Origin: Candidatus Omnitrophota bacterium
GTDB taxonomy: Bacteria > Omnitrophota > Gorgyraeia > JABMRG01 > JAFGKX01
Assembly: GCA_020354945.1 (NCBI GenBank)
Contig: CP070655.1
Span: 222,187 to 245,099 of the forward strand
DNA: 22,913 nucleotides
Reading direction: 5' to 3'
Of this stretch, positions 10,583 to 18,047 are shown piece after piece. How positions within the stretch are numbered: the stretch's first letter is position 1; every line of letters begins with the position of its first letter. The notes under the pieces are model-generated. The model was not told the origin of the DNA. It saw nothing but the letters and a program-made list of their open reading frames with translations, and did not search any database. Made by a program: the position numbers and the translations under genes.

Positions 10583-11479
10583 ATGAAAGCCTTAGCAGAG
10601 GAATTCCTGGATTATTTAACTGTTGAAAAGGGCTTATCGGAAAACACTATTGATGCCTATCGCAGGGATTTGTATAAATACATAGATTTTTTGGATAAGG
10701 AAAAAAAGATAAATCACATCCGGGAAGCCAAGCATTCAGACATTACGGATTTTATGATGCTGGAAAAAGACAAGGGCCTAAGCCCTAACAGCGTTTCCAG
10801 AAATTTAGTAGCCATAAAGATATTCCATAGATTTCTTGCAAGGGAAAGATATGCAAAAGAGAATGTTGCCGATGTATTAGATTCGCCTAAGTTGTGGAAA
10901 CATCTGCCTGATGTCCTTTCCGTTTCTGAAATCGAGCAGATTTTAAAAGCACCAAACCTAAAGAATTGGATGGGAATAAGAGATAGGGCGGTATTGGAAC
11001 TTTTGTATGCTACTGGAATGCGGGTCTCAGAATTGGCAACTCTTACTATGGACAATGTCAACATAGACGTAGGTTTCCTAAAATGTATCGGGAAGGGTGA
11101 AAAGGAGAGGATTGTCCCTGTTGGCAAACAAGCCAAAGAGATGCTGTGCAGATATATGGATAAAGTCAGGCCCAAATTGCTCAAAAAGCAGGCCAAAGCT
11201 TCGCGTTTTGTCTTTTTGTCTCGTTTGGGCAAGTCTATTTCCAGGCAGAGCATATGGAAAATGATAAAAAAATATGCAAATGCCGCTCACACAAAGAAGA
11301 AGATAACCCCCCACACATTAAGGCATTCTTTTGCAACGCATATGCTTGAAAGAGGGGCAGATTTAAGGGTAGTGCAAGAACTGTTAGGGCATGCGGATAT
11401 ATCTACAACCCAAATATACACCCATATAGATAAAGAAAGATTAAAGGCGATACATCGTAAGTATCATCCGAGACCGTAG
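10583..11479 (+). CDS. xerD: Tyrosine recombinase XerD
   Basis: EKGLSENT..AY..DL, LYATGMRVSEL, GKGEKERIVP, TPHTLRHSFATH, LLGHADISTTQIYTH and terminal HPR. Confidence 0.92.
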   Translation: MKALAEEFLDYLTVEKGLSENTIDAYRRDLYKYIDFLDKEKKINHIREAKHSDITDFMMLEKDKGLSPNSVSRNLVAIKIFHRFLARERYAKENVADVLDSPKLWKHLPDVLSVSEIEQILKAPNLKNWMGIRDRAVLELLYATGMRVSELATLTMDNVNIDVGFLKCIGKGEKERIVPVGKQAKEMLCRYMDKVRPKLLKKQAKASRFVFLSRLGKSISRQSIWKMIKKYANAAHTKKKITPHTLRHSFATHMLERGADLRVVQELLGHADISTTQIYTHIDKERLKAIHRKYHPRP

Positions 11480-11480
11480 A

Positions 11481-11524
11481 TGTCAGACACGATGAATGGA
11501 CAATGCACATCCCAGTGTCTGACA
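11481..11524. repeat. Intergenic inverted repeat (REP-like)
   Basis: TGTCAGACAC(11481-11490)/GTGTCTGACA(11515-11524) perfect 10-bp arms; no U-tract. Confidence 0.6.
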
Positions 11525-11535
11525 CCTCCGAAACA

Positions 11536-14208
11536 ATGGACCTAATCGTAACCCACGTAGGGGCAGATTTTGATGCTTTGGCATCAGTAATAGCTGCCCA
11601 GAAACTCTATCCACAGGCAAAAGCAATTCTTCCAGGTTCTGCCCAAAAGAATGTGAGGGAATTCTTGAGTTTATGGAAGGATGAGTTTAGATTAGATACT
11701 GAAAAAGAGATAGATTTAGACAGCGTAACAAGGCTTATAATCGTTGAGACAAGACTTAAAAGCAGAATAGGAATGGCCTCCCAAATTGTGGACAAGGGCG
11801 AAGTCGAAATCCATATTTTTGACCACCATCCAAAGACCAAACAAGATATAAAGCCAGAGAAGGAAATTTCTGCTAATGTAGGCGCTACGGTTTCATTGTT
11901 GGTGAAGATAATAAAAAAGAGGAAGATGCCATTGACACCAATTGAGGCGACGGTTATGGCATTAGGGATTTATGAAGATACCAACTCTTTGACTTCTCAG
12001 ACCACAACCAAGTTAGATATCGACGTGGTCGGGTTTTTGTTCTCTCAGGGTGCTAACCTTAGTGCGGTCTCATCATATCTTAAACGTGAATTGACGCAAC
12101 GGCAGCTTTCAATTTTATCTGATTTGATAAACAAGACAGAAGTTGTTACAATTAAAGGTATAGACATCGCCATCTCATTCCTTAAAATAGAAAAGTTTGT
12201 CGAAGACTTTGCTTTATTGGTACACAAACTTATAGATATAGAAAATTTTAATGTGCTATTTGCTTTTGCGGAGGATGCCACAGGTACAATTCGCATGGTA
12301 GCGCGAAGCAATCTCTCATATATAAATATAGCAAAGGTAACCTCCCATTTTGGAGGAGGAGGCCATCCCTATGCAGCGAGCGCCAAGATAAAGGGTATCA
12401 GCTCAGAACAGGTGAAGCTAAAATTGTTAAATATTTTAAAAAGGACCATAAGGCCAAAAATATATGCTGAGGATATAGGTTCATTCAAGATAAGAACGGT
12501 CTCTCCCGATGAAACTATCAATGAAGTCAGGAAATTAATGAAGAAATTAAAAGTAACTGGTATGGCTGTGGCAGAAAAGGACAGATTGGTGGGCATTATC
12601 ACAAAGGCTGACCTTGCCAAAGCAATCCATCGTGGTTTTGGACATTCAAGAATTAAAGGGTATATGAATATCAGGCCGGTTACTACTACTTCCAAGGCTC
12701 CTCTTCAGAAGATCAGGCGATTGATGCTTGAAGAAGATGTTGGATATTTGCCGATTGTTAAAAGAGGTAAACTCTTAGGCATGGTAACCAGAGAAGATTT
12801 GCTTAAAGTAGTTTATCACGATTTAATCACTCCGAGGAAGTCGTCAAAGAGGAAAAGGCCCTTCATCTCCCCTGTGGCCGTGAATGTATCCCAAAATTTA
12901 AAAAGCCGCCTGCCGGGGCATATTTATAATATATTGAAGTTTATAGGTAAAAGAGCCGATAATTTACATTATAAGGCCTTTTGCGTTGGTGGTTTTATAC
13001 GCGACTTGCTCCTGGGTGTTGAGAATTTTGACATAGACATAGTAGTGGAAAAAAATGCTATACGCTTTGGTAAAATTTTAGCCAGTAAATTGAAAGGCTC
13101 ATTGGTAGTGCATAAAAAATTCGGCACAGCAACAATTGTTATGCCGTGGACGGGTAAAGGTAAACGAGGCCCGGAAAAAAAGAAAGAGAAGTTTAAAATA
13201 GATATTGCTACTGCCAGAACAGAACAATATCCATATCCCGCAGCTTTGCCGACAGTAAAATTCGCTTCCATCAAACAGGACCTTTACAGAAGGGATTTTA
13301 CCATAAATGCAATGGCGGTTTCTGTTAATAGGAACAATTTCGGGGATTTGATAGATTTTTTTGGCGGGCAACGGGATTTAAAAATGAAAAAAATAAGAAT
13401 ATTGCATAATTTGAGTTTCTTGGAGGATCCTACCCGCATCTTTAGGGCAGTCAGGTTTGAACAGAGATATAATTTCAGAATAGAGCCACACACCGAAGAG
13501 CTGATAAAGACAGCGGTAACCTTAGATATGTTTGGCAGGACTCAGAAGCAAAGGATCAGGGATGAGATTATATTAATTTTAAGCGAAGACAAACCTATCA
13601 AAGCCCTGCTCGGAATGAATCAGTTACATGAATTGCGCTTTATCGACCCAAAGTTAAAATTAAATAAAGATATGATTAAACTTTTTGAGTCTATTGAAGA
13701 AACCTGCGCCTGGTATAAACTCTCGTTTATGAAAAAAAGAGTCATTGATAGCTGGATTATCTATTTTATGGCTATGGTTAATTCTCTTGCATTAAAGGAA
13801 ATAAAATCTATGTGCGAAAGGTTTGTTTTTACAAAAGGCGATACCAAAAGACTCCTCTCTGCTAAGATGGGTGCTAATAGAATAGCGCAACTTTTGGATA
13901 GAAAAGAGGATATGAAACCGAGCCAGATATACATGTATCTTGAGCCTCTATCGTATGAAGTAATCCTTTTTATTATGGCTAAGACAAAGACCAAGGAGGC
14001 AAAAGGGCGAATCTCTCTATTTTTCACTAAATATAATAGTATAAAATTAAGAATAACCGGCATAGACCTGAAGAAAATCGGTCTGACTCCGGGGCCAACC
14101 TATAAAAAAGTTTTGAATAAAATCCTTTATGCAAAATTAGACGGCAGGATTAAAAGTAAACAGGATGAAATTGGTTTAGCCGAGAAATTGATAGGTAAGA
14201 CAAAATGA
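11536..14208 (+). CDS. DHH-DHHA1-CBS-tRNA nucleotidyltransferase (CCA- or A-adding class II enzyme)
   Basis: H..ADFDA, DHH, GGGGH..AASA, a CBS pair, then VGGFIRD..DIDI, RRDFTINA and EDPTR motifs. Start 11536 (MDLIVTH) preferred over 11503. Confidence 0.92.
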   Translation: MDLIVTHVGADFDALASVIAAQKLYPQAKAILPGSAQKNVREFLSLWKDEFRLDTEKEIDLDSVTRLIIVETRLKSRIGMASQIVDKGEVEIHIFDHHPKTKQDIKPEKEISANVGATVSLLVKIIKKRKMPLTPIEATVMALGIYEDTNSLTSQTTTKLDIDVVGFLFSQGANLSAVSSYLKRELTQRQLSILSDLINKTEVVTIKGIDIAISFLKIEKFVEDFALLVHKLIDIENFNVLFAFAEDATGTIRMVARSNLSYINIAKVTSHFGGGGHPYAASAKIKGISSEQVKLKLLNILKRTIRPKIYAEDIGSFKIRTVSPDETINEVRKLMKKLKVTGMAVAEKDRLVGIITKADLAKAIHRGFGHSRIKGYMNIRPVTTTSKAPLQKIRRLMLEEDVGYLPIVKRGKLLGMVTREDLLKVVYHDLITPRKSSKRKRPFISPVAVNVSQNLKSRLPGHIYNILKFIGKRADNLHYKAFCVGGFIRDLLLGVENFDIDIVVEKNAIRFGKILASKLKGSLVVHKKFGTATIVMPWTGKGKRGPEKKKEKFKIDIATARTEQYPYPAALPTVKFASIKQDLYRRDFTINAMAVSVNRNNFGDLIDFFGGQRDLKMKKIRILHNLSFLEDPTRIFRAVRFEQRYNFRIEPHTEELIKTAVTLDMFGRTQKQRIRDEIILILSEDKPIKALLGMNQLHELRFIDPKLKLNKDMIKLFESIEETCAWYKLSFMKKRVIDSWIIYFMAMVNSLALKEIKSMCERFVFTKGDTKRLLSAKMGANRIAQLLDRKEDMKPSQIYMYLEPLSYEVILFIMAKTKTKEAKGRISLFFTKYNSIKLRITGIDLKKIGLTPGPTYKKVLNKILYAKLDGRIKSKQDEIGLAEKLIGKTK

Positions 14209-14486
14209 CGATAGGAGTATTAACCGTTGAAATATTTATTCCTGATTCTCTTTCTCTTAAGGATAAGAGGCGAGTGCTTAAAAGTTTAAAAGAAAGACTC
14301 AAGAATTCATTTAATATTTCTATAGCTGAGATAGAGCATCACGGTAAATGGCAGAGGGCAAAGATGGCAATTGTAAATGTTGATGCCGGCAAGAGAATAG
14401 CAGAGAGCCGGTTAGGCAAAGTTTTAGATTTTATTGATAAATTCAATAAAGTGCAATTGCTTGATAGTAAGATGGAGCTGCTATAA
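14205..14486 (+). CDS. DUF503 (YlxP-like) protein
   Basis: SLKDKRRVLKSLK..L...FNISIAE...W pattern; usual position before rbfA. Confidence 0.88.
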   Translation: MTIGVLTVEIFIPDSLSLKDKRRVLKSLKERLKNSFNISIAEIEHHGKWQRAKMAIVNVDAGKRIAESRLGKVLDFIDKFNKVQLLDSKMELL

Positions 14487-14487
14487 G

Positions 14488-14552
14488 CAGTTATCAGTCA
14501 TCAGTTATCAGTCAGCAGATACTGAAAGCTGAAGGCTGAAAACTGAAAACTG
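14488..14552. repeat. Fold-back heptamer array (CAGTTAT units, then CTGAAAA units)
   Basis: CAGTTAT CAGTCAT CAGTTAT CAGTCAG CAGATA CTGAAAG CTGAAGG CTGAAAA CTGAAAA CTG. Confidence 0.85.
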
Positions 14553-14557
14553 TTACC

Positions 14558-14917
14558 ATGTCGCGTGCAGATAGGATAAATCGGGAATTAAGACACCATA
14601 TAAGTATAATTATACAGCAGGAGTTAAATGATCCAAATATAGGTTTTATTACGGTTACTTCGGTTTCAACAAGCCCTGATTTAGGTCAAGCTTCGGTTTA
14701 CTTTACCTGTATGGGAGACGATAAAGAGAAAGATAAGACTAAAAAAGTATTAAATAGGGCATCCGGTTATATAAGAAAGTTGCTCGGGAGGAGACTATAT
14801 ATTAAGTTTATCCCTGATATAAAATTTATTTATGATGACACTCTTAAACAAGAACAGGAGATAGACAGAATTTTTGACGATATACATAAAAAAAGGAAGC
14901 CAAATGAACAAGTTTAA
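14558..14917 (+). CDS. rbfA: Ribosome-binding factor A
   Basis: R..RI N-terminus, DP....ITVT.V..SPDL..A.VY, P.IKF.YD. Confidence 0.94.
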   Translation: MSRADRINRELRHHISIIIQQELNDPNIGFITVTSVSTSPDLGQASVYFTCMGDDKEKDKTKKVLNRASGYIRKLLGRRLYIKFIPDIKFIYDDTLKQEQEIDRIFDDIHKKRKPNEQV

Positions 14918-15902
14918 AAAGGTACTAAAAGAAATAAATAAGCATAAGAATTTTTTAATAACTTCACATATAAATCCAGAAGGCGATTCAATAGGCAGCC
15001 AGTTAGCTTTTCTCTATTTGTTAAAGGTAATGGGCAAAAACGCCCGGATACTGAATTCAGGAAAGCCCGGCCCCAAATACAAGTTTTTGCCAAACAGCAA
15101 AAAGATACTTACAAAGATAAACAAAGATACAAGGTATGACGCTATTTGCTTTTTAGACTGTGCAGATATAAAAAGAATAGGTGGAATTTATGAAGTTATA
15201 GATTTATCAAAGCCAAAGATTAACATTGACCATCATCTCAGCAATAAAAGATTCGGTAATGTAAATTTGATAGATAGCCGTGCTTCCAGCACAGCTGAAA
15301 TTTTGTACATATTGTTTAAAGAAGCTAAGGTAAAGATTAATAAAGAGACTGCAATTTGTTTATATACTGCTATCTTAACCGATACAGGTTCATTTAATTA
15401 TTCTAATGTCACCTCTTTTACCCATAAGGTTGTATCGCATCTTATTGATGCAGGAGTAGATACGAATAACATATATAAGAAAGTATATGAGGAAATTTCT
15501 CCGTCAGCAATGAGACTTTTAGGCAGTGCACTCTCTACATTGAAGCTAAGCCCGAATAAAAGAATAGCCTGGATGCAGATAACTAAAGATATGCTTAAGA
15601 AATGCGGAGCTGGTTTAGGGGAGCAGGAAAATTTCATTAATTTTCCGCGGTCTATAAAGGGGGTCAAGATAGCGATACTTTTTACTGAGATAGCCCCTGG
15701 AAAGATAAAGGTTAATTTAAGATCCAATGATGATATTGATGTAAACGAGATTGCTTCACACTTTGGCGGTGGAGGGCACCGGAAGGCAAGCGGCTGCACA
15801 ATAAAGGGTTCGCTGGCTGAAGCAAAAAAGAAGGTTTTATCCGAGATAAAAATAGCACCCTTTGCTTTCCCAAACGGTGCATATACAAAATGCAGAATAT
15901 AA
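14904..15902 (+). CDS. nrnA: DHH/DHHA1 bifunctional oligoribonuclease / pAp phosphatase (NrnA-like)
   Basis: SHINPEGDSIGS, NIDHH, TDTGSF, GGGGH..ASG; located between rbfA and truB. ATG 14904 preferred. Confidence 0.88.
   Translation: MNKFKKVLKEINKHKNFLITSHINPEGDSIGSQLAFLYLLKVMGKNARILNSGKPGPKYKFLPNSKKILTKINKDTRYDAICFLDCADIKRIGGIYEVIDLSKPKINIDHHLSNKRFGNVNLIDSRASSTAEILYILFKEAKVKINKETAICLYTAILTDTGSFNYSNVTSFTHKVVSHLIDAGVDTNNIYKKVYEEISPSAMRLLGSALSTLKLSPNKRIAWMQITKDMLKKCGAGLGEQENFINFPRSIKGVKIAILFTEIAPGKIKVNLRSNDDIDVNEIASHFGGGGHRKASGCTIKGSLAEAKKKVLSEIKIAPFAFPNGAYTKCRI
15853..15882. repeat. 30-nt palindromic repeat, copy 1 (inside nrnA 3' end)
   Basis: TAGCACCCTTTGCTTTCCCAAACGGTGCAT; 25/30 identical to the reverse complement of 20135-20164. 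Confidence 0.75.
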
Positions 15903-16570
15903 CAGGGATACTCCTTGTAGATAAGCCCAAGGGAATCACATCCCACGATGTGGTAAACTTCATCAGAAAAAGATTTAAGATTAGCAAAGTAGGACATTGC
16001 GGGACGTTAGATCCTATTGCGACAGGTCTTTTAGTAATTCTTTTAGGGAGGGCCACTAAGTCGGCCTCAAGATATCTTAACGATGACAAAAAATACTTAT
16101 GCACCATGAAATTAGGGATAGTCACCGATACCCAGGATGCTGAAGGCAAAATCATAACCAACAGCATCGTAGGGAATATAACAGCTAAACAAATTCGAGA
16201 AGTAGCTAAATCTTTTAAAGGAGAAATTGAACAAATCCCGCCAATGGTTTCTGCAAAGCATTATAAGGGCGTAAGGCTCTACAAACTTGCCAGAAAGGGC
16301 CTTGAAGTTAAAAGATTTCCAAAAAAGATACGTGTATATAACATAACGGTATTGTCTATAAAAATGCCTTATGTTGAGTTTATTATGGAATCCTCTAAAG
16401 GCACGTATATAAGGACATTATGCCATGATATTGGCGAGAAATTAGGTTGCGGGGCGCATATGCAAGCTCTACGCAGATTAGCCTCGGGAGAATTTAAGGT
16501 AGAGAATGCCCATGCTTTGGATGAGTTGGATGGCATGGGCATAGAGCACCTTCGGAATATTATTATCTAA
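15890..16570 (+). CDS. truB: tRNA pseudouridine(55) synthase
   Basis: DKPKGITSHDVV, GHCGTLDP, QIPPMVSA, SKGTYIRTL; short form without the C-terminal PUA domain. Confidence 0.96.
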   Translation: MQNITGILLVDKPKGITSHDVVNFIRKRFKISKVGHCGTLDPIATGLLVILLGRATKSASRYLNDDKKYLCTMKLGIVTDTQDAEGKIITNSIVGNITAKQIREVAKSFKGEIEQIPPMVSAKHYKGVRLYKLARKGLEVKRFPKKIRVYNITVLSIKMPYVEFIMESSKGTYIRTLCHDIGEKLGCGAHMQALRRLASGEFKVENAHALDELDGMGIEHLRNIII

Positions 16571-16573
16571 ATA

Positions 16574-16727
16574 ACAGACGTTTAGAAAATCGTTCGGGAA
16601 ACTGTCTGAGTTTTATTCAGGAAAGTGTACCCCCGCCCTTTTTGAGGGTGCAGTTTTCCGATTGAAATCAAGATACTTTCCCGATTGAAAATAGGACACT
16701 TTCCCGAACAAAATCGTAAACGTCTGT
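16574..16727. repeat. 154-nt palindromic element with 23-nt internal periodicity
   Basis: Terminal inverted repeat ACAGACGTTTA/TAAACGTCTGT; inner GTTCGGGAAACTGTC/GACACTTTCCCGAAC; TTTCCCGA-like units at 16653, 16676 and 16699. Confidence 0.8.
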
Positions 16728-16733
16728 AATAAT

Positions 16734-17645
16734 ATGAAAGTTATATATGGCCTTAACAACCTCAAATGCCAGAGGAAGAAATCTGTTGCTACAATAGGCA
16801 TTTTTGACGGAGTGCACATAGGCCATCAAAAAATATTGACAGAGGTTGTAAGGCAGGCAAAAACCAGAAGGCAGATAGCAACTGTTTTGACATTTTATCC
16901 ACATCCTCAAAAGGTGCTTGGTAGCATATCCTCTAAATCTACCATAACTTCACTCGAACACAGATTAAAATTATTGCAAGATATAGGTGTTGATTTATGC
17001 ATAGTAATTAGGTTTACCAGGGCTTTATCTAAAAGACCGATAGATTGGCTCATAAGGCATGTTCTCGTCAAGAAACTAAAGGCAACAACATTAATCATAG
17101 GAAGTAGATTTAAACTTGGCAGAGAAAGGGTATCGGCAAAAGATTTTAAAAAACTCCTGCACAATCATGGATTAGGTCTTAAAATAATTCCGACTCAGAG
17201 ATACGAAGGTAAGGTTATAAGTAGCAGCCTTATACGTAACTTAATTAAAACAGGCAGATTGGATATTGGGTCTAAATTACTAGGAAGGAGTGTGGCGATA
17301 TATGGAACTGTTAAACCCGGCAGGCGCATCGGTAGAACTATAGGGTTTAAAACTGCAAATATAGATCCGCATCATGAAGCGATGCCACCCACGGGGGTAT
17401 ATGCAGTCAAGGTGAAGGTTTACGAAAGATACTACAGAGGCGTATTAAACATCGGATTTCGGCCTACATTGGGCTTGAGGCAAAAAGAACCTGAGATAGA
17501 AGTGCATATCTTAGGTTTTGATGGCAGCTTATATAACAAGCCTATAGAGCTGTTTTTTGTAAAAAAAATAAGATCCGAGAGGCATTTTAAGAATAAAGCT
17601 GCTTTAAGAGAGCAGATAAAAAAAGATATACTTTACAATATATAG
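16734..17645 (+). CDS. ribF: Bifunctional FAD synthetase / riboflavin kinase
   Basis: IGIFDGVHIGH, ISSS.IR, GRTIGF.TAN, NIGFRPT and EVH motifs. Confidence 0.96.
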   Translation: MKVIYGLNNLKCQRKKSVATIGIFDGVHIGHQKILTEVVRQAKTRRQIATVLTFYPHPQKVLGSISSKSTITSLEHRLKLLQDIGVDLCIVIRFTRALSKRPIDWLIRHVLVKKLKATTLIIGSRFKLGRERVSAKDFKKLLHNHGLGLKIIPTQRYEGKVISSSLIRNLIKTGRLDIGSKLLGRSVAIYGTVKPGRRIGRTIGFKTANIDPHHEAMPPTGVYAVKVKVYERYYRGVLNIGFRPTLGLRQKEPEIEVHILGFDGSLYNKPIELFFVKKIRSERHFKNKAALREQIKKDILYNI

Positions 17646-17660
17646 TATATTTGTTATAAT
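17632..17660 (+). promoter_or_regulatory. Sigma70 promoter for rpsO-pnp
   Basis: TTTACA(17632-17637)-17 nt-TATAAT(17655-17660) with extended -10 TG. Confidence 0.75.
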
Positions 17661-17688
17661 ATCCTGCTAAATAAAGAGGAGATGGATA

Positions 17689-17958
17689 ATGACAATCGAT
17701 AAGGAAAAGAAGTACACCATTACTGAAAAGTTTAAAAAACACCAGAAAGACACAGGCTCCGCGGATGTACAGATAGCCATTCTTACCGAGAGAATAAATG
17801 CCCTGACGGAGCATTTTAAAGCACACATGAAAGACCATCACTCCAGGCGCGGGCTGCTACGGATGGTCAATCGCAGAAGAAAATTACTCGATTATCTAAA
17901 GAAGCACAATGTAGAAGAATATCAGAATATTCTGGATAAGCTCAAGTTAAGGAAATAG
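17689..17958 (+). CDS. rpsO: 30S ribosomal protein S15
   Basis: [24 protein letters not shown]; GAGGAG RBS. Confidence 0.98.
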   Translation: MTIDKEKKYTITEKFKKHQKDTGSADVQIAILTERINALTEHFKAHMKDHHSRRGLLRMVNRRRKLLDYLKKHNVEEYQNILDKLKLRK

Positions 17959-18030
17959 GAAAAAAGGGGACAGGCTGCTTTTTTGGCTAATAGTAGCCTG
18001 ACAGCAAAAAAGCGGCCTGTTCCCTTTTTC
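17959..18030. repeat. Long hairpin between rpsO and pnp (terminator, RNase III site or REP-like element)
   Basis: GAAAAAAGGGGACAGGCTGCTTTTTTG(17959-17985) pairs with CAAAAAAGCGGCCTGTTCCCTTTTTC(18005-18030), including two G.U pairs. Confidence 0.8.
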
Positions 18031-18047
18031 AAAGGAAAAATAAAAAC

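Noticed and set aside
10583-11479. Tyrosine recombinase as the integrase of an island at tRNA-Pro
   Set aside because: The sequence has XerD signatures, its neighbours are core genes, and I saw no duplicated tRNA 3' end.
15890-16570. truB as a truncated pseudogene
   Set aside because: The catalytic domain is complete, and PUA-less TruB forms occur naturally.
16593-16709. 23-nt periodic units (and the heptamer arrays) as a CRISPR array
   Set aside because: No unique spacers of CRISPR size, units occur in both orientations, and there are no cas genes.
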